Source: Macrostomum lignano (Eukaryota). From it: a stretch of DNA of 64,000 nt. A model generated the notes under the pieces. The model was not told the DNA's origin. It saw nothing but the letters and a program-made list of their open reading frames with translations, and ran no database searches. The stretch spans positions 62,001 to 126,000 of the forward strand of contig NIVC01002571.1 of the NCBI GenBank assembly GCA_002269645.1. The letters are read 5' to 3'. Shown piece by piece: positions 12,116 through 25,800 of this stretch (its first letter is position 1; each line of letters begins with the position of its first letter). The translations under genes were made by a program, and so were the position numbers.

Positions 12116-12227
12116 AGATAACGATGTGCCTGTATTGGTAGTTTTCTCATTTTCACGGACAAGTGTCGGCAGTCCCAACTGACGTCCTGTCGCTGCAAGC
12201 GAGTCGCCACGTGCGCTGCGCTCCTTT

Positions 12228-15200
12228 TTAGGCGGCGCTCTGCTCCGCGTGCTCCCAGGCTGGCCAGGGCTCCGAGCTGCGGTAGCACCACTCGCTGACG
12301 CCCCAGCCTCGGATGCCGTTGACTTCGAAGTCGCAGAATCTCTCGTAGATTCGAACCTCAGCCGCCGTGCCCATGCAGAACACGGCCTGGTCGGCCGCCC
12401 GGCACTGCACCGTGTAGGCGCGCCCGCCGGCCAGGCAGCGGATGCGGAAGTCGGTAGACGGCCTGCCGTCCTGGCCTTCGTTGTACAGCCGGAAATCCGA
12501 CTGGCGCACCGGGGACACCCGGCCGTCCGGGGTGCACACGAACCCGATGACCAGGCTGGGGATTGGGCCGGGTGGCGGTGCGGATGGTCACAATGATGGC
12601 GACGGCGACGGTGATGGTGATGGTGACGGTGACGGTGAAGGTGGTGACGGTGATGGTGTTGGTGACGGTGATGGTGGAGGTAATGCAGTGATGGTGGAGG
12701 TGGTGACGGCGACGGTGATAGTGACGGTGATGGTGGAGGTGGTGACGGTGACAGTGATGGCGACGGCTACGGTGACAGTGACAGTGATGGTGAGGATGAT
12801 GATGGTGATGGTGACAGTGACAGTGATGGTGAGGATGATGATGGTGATGGTGACGGGGACAGTGACGGTGAGGATGATGATGGTGATGGTGACGGGGACA
12901 GTGATGGTGAGGATGCTGATGGTGACGGGGACAGTGACGGTGTGGATGATGATGGTGATGGTGACGGGGACAGTGACGGTGAGGATGATGATGGTGACGG
13001 GGACAGTGACGGTGAGGATGATGATGGTGACGGGGACAGTGAGTGTCGACGATGGTTGCAGTAAGAATAAGAGAGTTTGTGACATTGATTTTCCAGCTTA
13101 TTCTACGTGCGTATGTTCGATTTCGCATCGATTTGACAAATTCTGGTACACATCACTCATATTGCTGAGACAGCAAAGACTCTCTCTTTCTCACTTGGAC
13201 AGGTAGTTCGGCATTGACACGCAGCCGATAGCGATGCAGGTCCGGTCCTGCAGGTAGATGTACTGCAGTCCGTAGCGGTACAGGTCCGACCACACTCGGT
13301 GATTGCCGTAGGAGTGGTCGCGGGCGCCCTGCAGCTTCAGGTCGGCCACCTTCTCGTCGTCGACGTAGACGGGCCCGGTGATTTCGCCGAACTGCTCGTA
13401 GTGCGTCTGGTGTACACTGCGAAGGACGAGGGGGATAATCTTGGCTTTGCGAATGGATTCAGCAAATGGGTCGCTTTCACAAGCTCGAAACTTCCCAAGC
13501 TCCAAACTTCCCAAGTTCGAAACTTCCCAAGCTCCAAACTTCCCAAGCTCGAAACTTCCCAAGCTCGAAACTTCCCAAGCTCCAAACTTCCCAAGCTCGA
13601 AATTCACAAGCTCCAAACTTCCCAAGCTCCAAACTTCCCAAGCTCCAAACTTCCCAAGCTCCAAACTTCCCAAGCTCCAAACTTCCCAAGCTCCAAACTT
13701 CCCAAGCTCCAAACTTCCCAAGCTCCAAAGTTCCCAAGCTCCAAATTTCCCAAGCTCCAAATTTCCCAAGCTCGAAATTCACAAGCTCCAAACTTCCCAA
13801 GCTCCAAACTTCCCAAGCTCCAAATTTCCCAAGCTCCAAATTTCCCAAGCTCCAAACTTCCCAAACTTCCCAAAAGCGAGGAAAAGTCTAGCTGGTCACA
13901 TTTTCATCTTGAAACTAAACGATTTCGAGTTTCTGCCCTCACATAAAGTCACTGTCATTTAGCAGATGTCTCTTGGCCTTCAAAGACTCATGGTTTTTTT
14001 AAGAGAAGATGAAGGAGTGTTCATCCTGCGAAGCAGCAATGGCAACTTAAACAGCTCAGGCCGCACCTCTCCAGCCGCTTGAACATCTCCTGGCTCCACT
14101 CCTCGCTGGCCACCGCCTCAGCCAGCGGGTGGCTGTCCTGGTCCGTGTCAAAGTCGAACTGCCGGTGCAAGGCGCGCCAAGTTAGCTGGGCTCGAACCCG
14201 GACCCTCCGGCCGCAGCCGCCGCCAGTCGTGCCCAACTGGCGTCGCCGCTTCTCAGCCTCAGCCTCCGGCAGCAGCGTCATCTCGCCGTCGAACTCCAGC
14301 CGCCAGGTCTGCATCGGCTCCAGGCACTCGATGCGCATGTCCGACTTGGAGAAGCCGCCGCCTTCAGTGGCGGTGAAGTTCGTGTCCGGGTGGGACGGGT
14401 GCTCAAGCAGGCCAACGCCGCGCAGCCGCAGGATGCTGAGGCACTGCAGAAGGTTGCGCTGACGGCGCGAGGCCGCCATGATGAGGTTGTTGCCCAGCTG
14501 ATCGGCGCCATTAAAGTACACAGCATCCACGGCCTGAGGTGGCAGGACAGCGAGTTTATTAGCTGGTTGATGGAAATTTCTCTGATCTCTGATCAGGTCA
14601 GAGGGTCAGAGCTCAGATCAGACTGAGACAGACAGACACTCAGGACTGAGACAGAAACCTAACACTGAGACAGACACTCAGAACTGAGACAGACAGACAT
14701 TCAGAACTGAGACAGACAGACACTCAGGACTGAGACAGACAGACACTCAGAACTGAGACAGACAGACATTCAGAACTGAGACAGACAGACACTCAGAACT
14801 GAGACAGACAGACATTTAGAACTGAGACAGACAGACACTCAGAACTGAGACAGACAGACACTCAGGACTGAGACAGACAGACATTCAGAACTGAGACAGA
14901 CAGACACTCAGGACTGAGACAGACAGACATTCAGAACTGAGACAGACAGACATTTAGAACTGAGACAGACAGACACTCAGAACTGAGACAGACAGACACT
15001 CAGGACTGAGACAGACAGACACTCAGAACTGAGACAGACAGACACTCAGAACTGAGACAGACAGACATTCAGAACTGAGACAGACAGACACTCAGGACTG
15101 AGACAGACAGACATTCAGAACTGAGACAGACAGACATTCAGAACTGAGACAGACAGACATTCAGAACTGAGACAGACAGACATTCAGAACTGAGACAGAC

Positions 15201-16415
15201 AGACATTCAGAACTGAGACAGACAGACACTCAGGACTGAGACAGACAGACATTCAGAACTGAGACAGACAGACATTCAGAACTGAGACAGACAGACACTC
15301 AGGACTGAGACAGACAGACATTCATAACTGAGACAGACAGACACTCAGGACTGAGACAGACAGACACTCAGGACTGAGACAGACAGACATTCAGAACTGA
15401 GACAGACAGACACTCAGGACTGAGACAGACAGACATTCAGAACTGAGACAGACAGACATTTAGAACTGAGACAGACAGACACTCAGAACTGAGACAGACA
15501 GACACTCAGGACTGAGACAGACAGACATTCAGAACTGAGACAGACAGACATTCAGAACTGAGACAGACAGACATTCAGAACTGAGACAGACAGACACTCA
15601 GAACTGAGACAGACAGACACTCAGGACTGAGACAGACAGACATTCAGAACTGAGACAGACAGACATTCAGAACTGAGACAGACAGACATTTAGAACTGAG
15701 ACAGACAGACACTCAGAACTGAGACAGACAGACACTCAGAACTGAGACAGACAGACATTCAGAACTGAGACAGACAGACACTCAGAACTGAGACAGACAG
15801 ACATTCAGAACTGAGACAGACAGACACTCAGGACTGAGACAGACAGACATTCAGAACTGAGACAGACAGACATTCAGAACTGAGACAGACAGACATTCAG
15901 AACTGAGACAGACAGACATTCAGAACTGAGACAGACAGACATTCAGAACTGAGACAGACAGACACTCAGAACTGAGACAGACAGACATTCAGAACTGAGA
16001 CAGACAGACACTCAGGACTGAGACAGACAGACATTCAGAACTGAGACAGACAGACATTCAGAACTGAGACAGACAGACATTCAGAACTGAGACAGACAGA
16101 CATTCAGAACTGAGACAGACACTCAGCTCTCACATTAGGATGCTTCCGATCGTCGGGCAGCTGCTGAGGCCGCTCCATCTCAGCTGGGGAGTTCCTGGAG
16201 GCCACCCCCATGCCGGCCTGCTCAGCCTTGCCATCTTTATTCCTACGCAGCCGCCGCAGCTGCAGCAGCAGCAGGAAGGCGGCATACTTGAGGTTGTACC
16301 AGCGGCCGGGACGGGCGTAGACACCGAACAGCGGCCGGGCGGCCGGCCGGCGGATGAGCAGCGCGAGCAGGCCCCAGGCCGCCGCCACGGCCAGCAGCAG
16401 CGATCCGAAATCCAT
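12228..16415 (-). CDS. Uncharacterised ~432-aa protein with N-terminal signal anchor and HYEQ / RDHSYG / WGVSEW motifs (possible AttH/CrtC-like beta-barrel enzyme)
   Basis: Exons 16415-16134, 14533-14067, 13416-13195 and 12555-12228; all junctions GT-AG with phases 0, 2, 2; total 1299 nt including stop. GC-rich coding-like composition. The fold assignment is inference only. Confidence 0.85.
12590..13045. repeat. GAT/GGT/GAC trinucleotide-derived repeat, intron 3 of the uncharacterised gene
   Basis: Runs of GATGATGGTGACGGGGACAGTGACGGTGAG; explains the His-rich and Val/Met/Thr-rich ORFs. Confidence 0.9.
13480..13872. repeat. 16-bp minisatellite (AAGCTCCAAACTTCCC)n, intron 2
   Basis: Directly visible. 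Confidence 0.93.
14620..16125. repeat. 23-bp minisatellite (CAGAACTGAGACAGACAGACATT)n, intron 1
   Basis: About 65 copies occupying almost the whole intron. Confidence 0.95.
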
Positions 16416-16902
16416 GCAGATTTATAGTGCTATTGGATATTATACAGAGCTTTAAGCTGTGCAGTTTTCCCCTAATCTGCGCTCCTTGTCCAGTTTGAGC
16501 TATTCTGAATTGGAGTTTCGCCGTTTCGGCAATTATATATAATTGTTGACTGTAGATGTGACAGAAGGCTCAGTGCGGCAGGACAGATAAGGATAAGGCT
16601 GCTAATATCTGCACGCTGCGTACGAATACGACAGCTCAACAACTCAGCCAAACTTTTCTGGGGTTCGGCTTTCGAGCAAGCGAAATGTTTTATTAAATTG
16701 AAATTTCACTAAACCTATCGTGATAGCTGAGCAGCCAGCAGGCTAGAATTTTGGCAAACACGCTTACAGCTTAGCGATAAAGCGTCCATTGCTTTTACTT
16801 AGCAAATCTTGCAAAATTGCGCTTTGCAGTCACCAGCTCTTGGTGGACTTTGCCACCTGGTGGTGCGAGCTGTACATCAGCTTCCACTCCTCCACTCTGG
16901 TC

Positions 16903-17135
<233 letters not shown>

Positions 17136-17600
17136 GTCCCTTGAATGAAGAGCTGAGATAGCGGCAATACCAGTGGATGCATCCGCATGCCTCAGCACCG
17201 GCACAATTTTAAACTCAGCTGAGGCCTCCAAAGCTGAAAGTACGAGCTAAAATGCAATCCACCTCACCTGATGCAGTCGCTGCTAAGTGGTTTCGAAATA
17301 AATTCTTGATACATGAAGCATAACGAACCCCCTTCCCCCTCCTAGTTGCAAGCTCCTCACTGCCACGGGATTTTGGCCGTTTGGTCTCTTGCCGCTGCAG
17401 AGGAGAGAAGGCTAGAGGGGATGCTGCAAAGCCATTAACTGTGTGACAGCCAACCCTCAACCCATCTCTTCATTGTCGTCCCTCTGTCGATAAAAAATTT
17501 AACGCTTTTACTTTTTTGTTTGGAGCTTTTAAATCGCTAGATATATTTTCCGTCACGCATCCCATCTACCTACGAGCCAGCCTGGGCTGCTGTTGTGCTT

Positions 17601-17614
17601 GTTACCATAGCGAT
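17601..17614 (+). promoter_or_regulatory. Candidate RFX X-box GTTACCATAGCGAT
   Basis: Close to the GTTRCCATRGYAAC consensus and about 70-85 bp upstream of the ATG at 17684. Motif match only. Confidence 0.3.
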
Positions 17615-17683
17615 ACAGCATTTTAAGCCCATCAAATACTCAGCATTTTCAAACGGAAAGCCAATTTTCAAATCAAGAGAATC

Positions 17684-18691
17684 ATGGCTCTCCATCAGTT
17701 GCCACTTGCCTTTGTTGCGTCCGTTCTGCTCTGCATCTCTACCGCTCGCGCCAACTCCGGTAATCGCTACCCGGTCATCCAGCGCACCTGCCTCAACAAG
17801 TCCCTGTCCGACTTGACCCTCCCCAGCCCGGCCCTCTCCATTCTGCAGTGCGTCTTTCTGAGTCGCCAGGCAACTCTGCCAGGCATAGCGGTGGCCCAAT
17901 GGAACTCGCGAACTGCCACCTGTTTGCTGTTTCTCTTCAGCCGAGTCTGCCACCTGCTCAACCTGAGTAGCCTCGCTGGCGGGCCATCGGACGAGACCAA
18001 CTCGTGCGAGCTCGTGGTGGACTCCGAGCTTGACGTGCTCACCGCCAATCGACACTTTGCCGCCGTGTGGCTCGGAGGCAGGGGCGAGCAGCTCGAGAAC
18101 CTCGTGTGCAGCGATGGCGGACAGAAGAACGTGATCGAGCACAACGGAGTGACTTGGACTGACGAGGGCGCCAAGATGGACGGCCTGACATCCAGGATGT
18201 GGGTAAGCGACACCAGCGGATTCAACTTCAGCAACAGCTTCACGTTTCTGATGGAGCTGAAGAGGCAGCCGAGATCGACCGCGTTTATCGAGCTCACCGA
18301 CTGCAGCTCTTACAATCAAGTCTGGCTCCACTTATGGGAATGGGACCCGCTCGATTCGACTCGCAAGCTCTACATTCAAACCGGACACCGGAACTTGATC
18401 TCCACTAACCAGGTGCTCCCAATTCGAAGTGACCAGTTCGTCCGAGTCGGCGCCACGTTCGACATTTCGATGATCATGAACAGGACCCGACTGTTCTTTG
18501 AAGGGTCTTTCATTCCCGACAGCCAAGTGTCTCTCTACAACGTCAACCATCCCAAAATCGACAACTTCTGCATGAAGATCGGTTGGCGCGATCTGACTGG
18601 CTCCTACTCCAAAATAAACGGCACCGTGAAGATGCTGGCCGTGTCCAACTTCTACCTGACCGCCGACGTCATCAACCGGCTGTTCAACTGA
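17684..18691 (+). CDS. Intronless secreted protein, 335 aa: signal peptide + degenerate PAN/apple-like Cys domain + LamG/concanavalin-A-like domain
   Basis: Hydrophobic N-terminus ending TARA; Cys pattern TCL...QCV...TCLL...VC...SC. The C-terminal half has LamG_3-like features: GAKMDGLTSRMWV, FTFLMELK, VRVGATFD, RLFFEG, IGW, KINGTVKMLAVSNFYLTADVINRLF. Confidence 0.75.
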   Translation: MALHQLPLAFVASVLLCISTARANSGNRYPVIQRTCLNKSLSDLTLPSPALSILQCVFLSRQATLPGIAVAQWNSRTATCLLFLFSRVCHLLNLSSLAGGPSDETNSCELVVDSELDVLTANRHFAAVWLGGRGEQLENLVCSDGGQKNVIEHNGVTWTDEGAKMDGLTSRMWVSDTSGFNFSNSFTFLMELKRQPRSTAFIELTDCSSYNQVWLHLWEWDPLDSTRKLYIQTGHRNLISTNQVLPIRSDQFVRVGATFDISMIMNRTRLFFEGSFIPDSQVSLYNVNHPKIDNFCMKIGWRDLTGSYSKINGTVKMLAVSNFYLTADVINRLFN

Positions 18692-19924
18692 GCGCGTGAG
18701 CAGTTTTTCAGACAAGGATGTTGCGAAGTGAAATGGAGTTAGCAATTAAATTTTATCGCGTGCTATCAAATGACAATTAATATTAAATTTTTTAAGGCTG
18801 GCGACGAGAGTGTGCGTTCAAAATCCGTAGATACTACGGTAACTTCTAGTGGTCCCTGGTTTTTGTTTCGATTTAGTAGTTGATCCGGGACATATATGTT
18901 TAGAACCGGGGTAGATCTCGAATTTTGAGAGAGCTATTTGTCCAAAATTCAATGAAATGATAAAATGACCCCAGCTGAAGCAAAACAGATGATCCTCAAA
19001 GAGACAGATATTTTGACCCGTCCCTGTGACCCCTGGCTGGCGTGACCCCCAGACCAAAATGGTTGTAGCAGTCAATTGTTGTAGACCCATCCCGAGTGCC
19101 TAAGGTCCCAGGCTTTGAGTAGATATGACAGGTTAGAGAATGTGAGCCGGCATTGTGTCTCTGGTCTTGTGATACGACGTATATAGCTCCCGAGAAAGGC
19201 ATGTTTCATCTCTCACGGAACAAGAATAACGATAAAAGCAATAGAAAGTAAGTTATCTCTGTTGCCTCATGTGTCTTACTTTTCCTCCTCTCTATAAAGA
19301 ACCGTCTCACTCGATAGCCTGCACCGTTGATAAATAAACAAGATTGCGTTGCGTCACTTATAAATGTTTTTAAACTTTCTAAGTCCATATGTATGTCTAT
19401 ATTTTCTGTCTAATTCTCAACCAAAATTTGTTTATTTGACTCTCTTTTTAAAGAGCTCTTTAACAGTTTGAATACGGTAATCGCTGTGTTAGTTTAGTTG
19501 AACAGCTACTGTATTAGATACATTTAATTGATTTTTTTCTTAGTGGATTTTTATTGTACTCTTATGTCTACTATCAGTAGAGCAGAAAGCAAAAGTTGAC
19601 TTTAGTTTATGCTGGGTATTTTGTTGTATTTTAATGTATCGATTTGTCGGCTTTTATATTCGATATATTGTGGCGGTCTAGCCAAGCACATTTAAATATA
19701 AATACACTGGAGAGGTCTATACATGTAGCTCACTACTTCTTTACTGCAACTGAAACTACACCTGTTATACAAAGATAATTTATATTTTTTATTCTTAATA
19801 TAGAAAGAATTCATCTACAAATACAATGAAAAACGTATATATTCGTCATATATTAGCAAGATCATTGCACCGAATCCAGGCGCTTTCTGGATGAAATCAG
19901 GCTAAAATAGGCTAGGCAGGCTAA

Positions 19925-19990
19925 AATTAATTTAGTCAGGCTAATTTAGTCAGGCTAATTTAGTCAGGCTAATTTAGTCAGGCTAAAATT
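19925..19990. repeat. Short 14-bp tandem repeat (TAATTTAGTCAGGC)n
   Basis: About 4 copies visible. Confidence 0.8.
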
Positions 19991-21024
19991 ACTGACTAGT
20001 GTTAACTAATTACTTTAGTAACTGCAGTAGCCAGCAGTGTAGCCACAATGAAAAAATGCAAGAAAGCTAAAGCAGAGTTTGTCAGTAAACAGCACACGAA
20101 TAAATATGTCATTGTGCTGAGTCGCCAATACATTCCCAGACAGACTGACTGCACGTGCTCGGAGCAACAGTACCGTTGGCAGGTAGTGCAGTGTGCGCGA
20201 GTTTGCGATCAGCTGATCGGCTACTCATGAGGCATCTTCCCTTCCCTTCAAGGTTATTACTTGAAAAAGTCCTTGATAGAGCACGTATTGCAAAATCACG
20301 CCTACATGAGCTGTACTTCACTGCATGAGTAGCACTTTGTCAGCTGGTCCATCAAGTCAGGGCCTCCTTTGGTCTCATTGTAATGCGGATTTGCTTGCGG
20401 CTTTCTTGCTGCGTTGTTAGACATTGTGGGGCTTATGTGCTAAGTACATGTAGATCGAGTAGTGGTAGACACGGCGACACCCTCACCAGCAAAAAAGGGA
20501 CGCGCAACTGGGCGTTTCGTCGACTGCCTGCTGGCCAACAGAGGGCCCAGTTGCAACGTCTGTTTATCACCTTGGGAATTTGCAGCTTACACAGCCATAG
20601 ACAGCCTCTGTGTACTTTTACAAAACCGACAGTTACGCTTCTCTGATTGCCGATCATTATTACAACTAGTTAATTAATCTAGCTCGTAAAACAAACGTCA
20701 AAACTTGAAAGCAAGACATACAAAATGCAACGCACCAAGTACATGCTTCAGCAGCACCAACAGCAGCAACATTATGACCTGCTTTTTGGCGGAGACAGGT
20801 TTAATTCGACCAATGACATGAGCTGAATATTTGCATCCACCGGACTAGAAGCCTCAAATCAAATTCTCGCGCACGTGCCACTGTTTCAATCTTAGTTTGT
20901 GTCTCCACCCGTTCTATTGTCTGCCTCTTTTTGCCGCTTTGACTTAAAACTAGTATATAGGATTTGCAGGAAATGCATTTGCCCAGGGAGACAGACAGGC
21001 AGACAGACATTGAGGACCGGCAGA

Positions 21025-21635
<611 letters not shown>

Positions 21636-22818
21636 AGAGAACTGGAAAATGCTGAGAGCAAGCCCTCTGAAACTCAAACACAAGAGACCAGCTGCTGAGG
21701 CCAAATTTGAGTGATCTGCATTCACAAGATAAAATAAATACAACAGTTAGTTGTTTATTATTCAATCAAACCAAAAAAAACACACAGACAGGAAAAAAAA
21801 TACAAAACACGGCAGCTTCAACTAAAAGTCGCTAGCGACACTCCGGGTCAGGGAGCTGCCGTTATTTCAGTAAGCGGAAAGTGAGTACAATCAGTAGGCC
21901 AGAATTGCAACAGATGGTAGTGTAAGTAGGCAATGACAGATGTGTGCAAGCAATGCAGTCAATGTAGGGCGCCTCCAAAAGACTAGCAAGCATTCACTGG
22001 CAGCTCAAAGCCACAGAAGCATAAATCAAACAACAAGACATTAATCATTAAAAAACGACACGGCACAGCCAGTGTAAAGCTAATAAAAAATCTACACGCA
22101 CTCAAATTGCACTACTATCAGTAGCAATGACAACATTGTTAGCAGTAGTGTAGAATTAACTTTAAAAAAACTCTGGCAAAGTGCAGCACATTGAAAAATT
22201 GCTAGGTAAAAACACAGTTTATGAGTTGATGGACCCGGGCAAAGCATATTATTACTATTATTAGTAAGAAAAAATAAATGGAACAGACTGGCCATCAGGA
22301 ATGTGTGAACGAGTTTTAGTAGGAATATAGTAAGAAAAAAGCAGGCAAATTAGATAGCGAGACAAGTTTCAGACGGACTATAATCGGCTCAATAAAAATA
22401 ATAAAATTGTGCCATAAAATGATTAAACAAAACACACGTTTATAACTTGTTGCGTCACAGCCCAATGCGTCTTGTGCGCTGTTATAGAAAAAAGGAGTTG
22501 CTGGCTTGATAAATTTATATTGAAAAACATTGCACAACAAATACTAATGGTTGTAAAATGGATCATTTTGATAGAAAAGTACAATCAGTACTTAGTAGAG
22601 CACTACTAAAAGTAGGTCAGTTAGCACTTTTCATTCCTGAAGGAAAGTAATAATAAAGACTAGCGCTTGAATTTAAGGAATTATAATTAGTTTCGTTAAT
22701 AATTTTCCCCCAACACAGACCCAGTGTGCCGAACAGGAAGTGAAAAACCTGTCCCTATAGAGCACGAATACATCTGTGTGTACAGCCGGCGATGGAGAAG
22801 ATGCGGACAGCTACAAAG

Positions 22819-25800
22819 CTACGCAGCGGACACGTACTCATAGTAGGCGGTGGGCACGTAGCCCTGCTCACCAGCGGCCTCGCCGTGCAGGCGGCGAACC
22901 AGCGACCAGTCCGGGTCGCGCTGCAGGACTTCCACTTGTTCGCCAGCCGATACGGCCAGGTTGTCCGACTGGCTGGTGTCCGCGAAGTCGTACAGCATCT
23001 CCGCTGTGGCCGCTGCTGGGGCTGCCGCTGCTGCGCCTTCGACAGGCGGCTGCGGAGTCTGCGGCGTCGGCTGGTGCTGAGGGGACTCGTCGGCGAACTC
23101 GTCTGCGAATGCCGTGGCCGGGCTGGAGGCGACGAATAGGGTGGGGTGTGAAAGAAGGGTTAGACGGGGAATTATCATAGGGAGAGAAGAGGAATTCTCA
23201 TAGGGAGAGAAGAGGAATTCTCATAGAGAGAGAGAAGAGGAATTATCATAGGGAGAGAAGAGGAATTCTCATAGGGAGAGAAGAGGAATTCTCATAGGGA
23301 GAGAAGAAGAATTCTCATAGGGAGAGAAGAGGAATTCTCATAGGGAGAGAAGAGGAATTCTCATAGGGACAGAAGAGGAATTCTCATAGGGAGAGAAGAG
23401 GAATTCTCAGAGAGAGAAGAGGAATTCTCATAGGGAGAGAAGAGGAATTCTCATAGAGAGAGAAGAGGAATTCTCATAGGGGAAGAAGAGGAATTCTCAT
23501 AGGGAGAGAAGAGGAATTCTCATAGGGAGAGAAGAGGAATTCTCATAGGGAGAGAAGAGGAATCCTCATAGGGAGAGAAGAGGAATCCTCATAGGGAGAG
23601 AAGAGGAATCCTCATAGGAAGAGAAGAGGAATTCTCATAGGTATAGAAGGGGAATCCTCGTAGGTATAGAAGGGGAATTCTCATAGGGAGAGAAGAAGAA
23701 TTCTCATAGGGAGAGAAGAGGAATTCTCATAGAGAGAGAAGAGGAATTCTCATAGGAAGAGAAGAGGAATTCTCATAGAGAGAGAAGAGGAATTCTCATA
23801 GGGGAAGAAGAGGAATTCTCATAGAGAGAGAAGAGGAATTCTCATAGGGAGAGAAGAGGAATTCTCATCGGGAGAGAAGGGGAATCCTCATAGGGAGAGA
23901 AGAGGAATTCTCATAGGGATAGAAGAGGAATTCTCATAGGGAGAGAAGAGGAATCCTCATAGGGATAGAAGGGGAATTCTCATAGGGATAGAAGAGGAAT
24001 TCTCATAGGGAGAGACGAGGAATTCTCATAGGGAGAGAAGAGGAATTCTCATAGGGATAGAAGGGGAATTCCCATAGGTATAGAAGGGGAATCCTCGTAC
24101 GTATAGAAGGGGAATTCTCATAGGGAGAGAAGAGGAATTCTCATAGAGAGAGAAGAGGAATTCTCATAGGGAGAGAAGAGGAATTCTCATAGGGAGAGAA
24201 GAGGAATTCTCATAGGGAGAGAAGAGGAATTCTCATAGGGAGAGAAGAGGAATTCTCATAGGGAGAGAAGAGGAATTCTCATAGGGAGAGAAGAGGAATT
24301 CTCATAGGGAGAGAAGAGGAATTCTCATAGGGAGAGAAGAGGAATTCTCATAGGGAGAGAAGAGGAATTCTCATAGAGAGAGAAGAGGAATTCTCATCGG
24401 GAGAGAAGGGGAATCCTCATAGGGAGAGAAGAGGAATTCTCATAGGGAGAGAAGAGGAATCCTCATAGGGATAGAAGGGGAATTCTCATAGGGATAGAAG
24501 AGGAATTCTCATAGGGAGAGACGAGGAATTCTCATAGGGAGAGAAGAGGAATTCTCATAGGGATAGAAGGGGAATTCCCATAGGTATAGAAGGGGAATCC
24601 TCGTACGTATAGAAGGGGAATTCTCATAGGGAGAGAAGAGGAATTCTCATAGAGAGAGAAGAGGAATTCTCATAGGGAGAGAAGAGGAATTCTCATAGGG
24701 AGAGAAGAGGAATTCTCATAGGGAGAGAAGAGGAATTCTCATAGGGAGAGAAGAGGAATTCTCATAGGGAGAGAAGAGGAATTCTCATAGAGAGAGAAGA
24801 GGAATTCTCATAGGGAGAGAAGAGGAATTCTCATAGGGGAAGAAGAGGAATTCTCATAGGGAGAGAAGAGGAATTCTCATAGGGAGAGAAGAGGAATCCT
24901 CATAGGGAGAGAAGAGGAATTCTCATAGGCATTGAAGGGCAATCCTCATTGGGATAGAATGCGAATCCTCATAGGGAGAGAAGAGGAATCCTCATAGGGA
25001 GAGAAGAGGAATTCTCATAGGGAGAGAAGAGGAATCCTCATAGGGATAGAAGGGGAATTCTCATAGGGATAGAAGAGGAATCCTCATAGGGATAGAAGGG
25101 GAATTCTCATAGGGATAGAAGGGGAATTCTCATAGGGAGAGAAGAGGAATTCTCATAGGTATAGAAGGGGAATCCTCGTAGGTATAGAAGGGGAATTCTC
25201 ATAGGGAGAGAAGAGGAATTCTCATAGGGAGAGAAGAGGAATTCTCATAGGGAGAGAAGAAGAATTCTCCTAGGGAGAGAAGAGGAATTATCATAGGGAG
25301 AGAAGAGGAATTATCATAGGGAGAGAAGAGGAATTCTCATAGGTATAGAATGCGAATCCTCATAGGGAGAGAAGAGGAATCCTCATAGGGAGAGAAGAGG
25401 AATTCTCAGGGAGAGAAGAGGAATCCTCATAGGGAGAGAAGAGGAATTCTCATAGGGAGAGAAGAGGAATTCTCATAGGGATAGAAGGGGAATTCTCATA
25501 GGGAGAGAAGAGGAATTCTCATAGGTATAGAAGGGGAATCCTCGTAGGTATAGAAGGGGAATTCTCATAGGGAGAGAAGAGGAATTCTCATAGGGAGAGA
25601 AGAGGAATTCTCATAGAGAGAGAAGAGGAATTCTCATAGGGAGTGAAGAGGAATTCTCATAGGGAGAGAAGAGGAATTCTCATAGAGAGAGAGAAGAGGA
25701 ATTATCATAGGGAGAGAAGAGGAATTCTCATAGGGAGAGAAGAGGAATTCTCATAGGGAGAGAAGAAGAATTCTCATAGGGAGAGAAGAGGAATTCTCAT

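Noticed and set aside
19995-20680. Short ORFs 20048-20677 suggesting a transposon remnant
   Set aside because: No recognisable domain, TIR or TSD.
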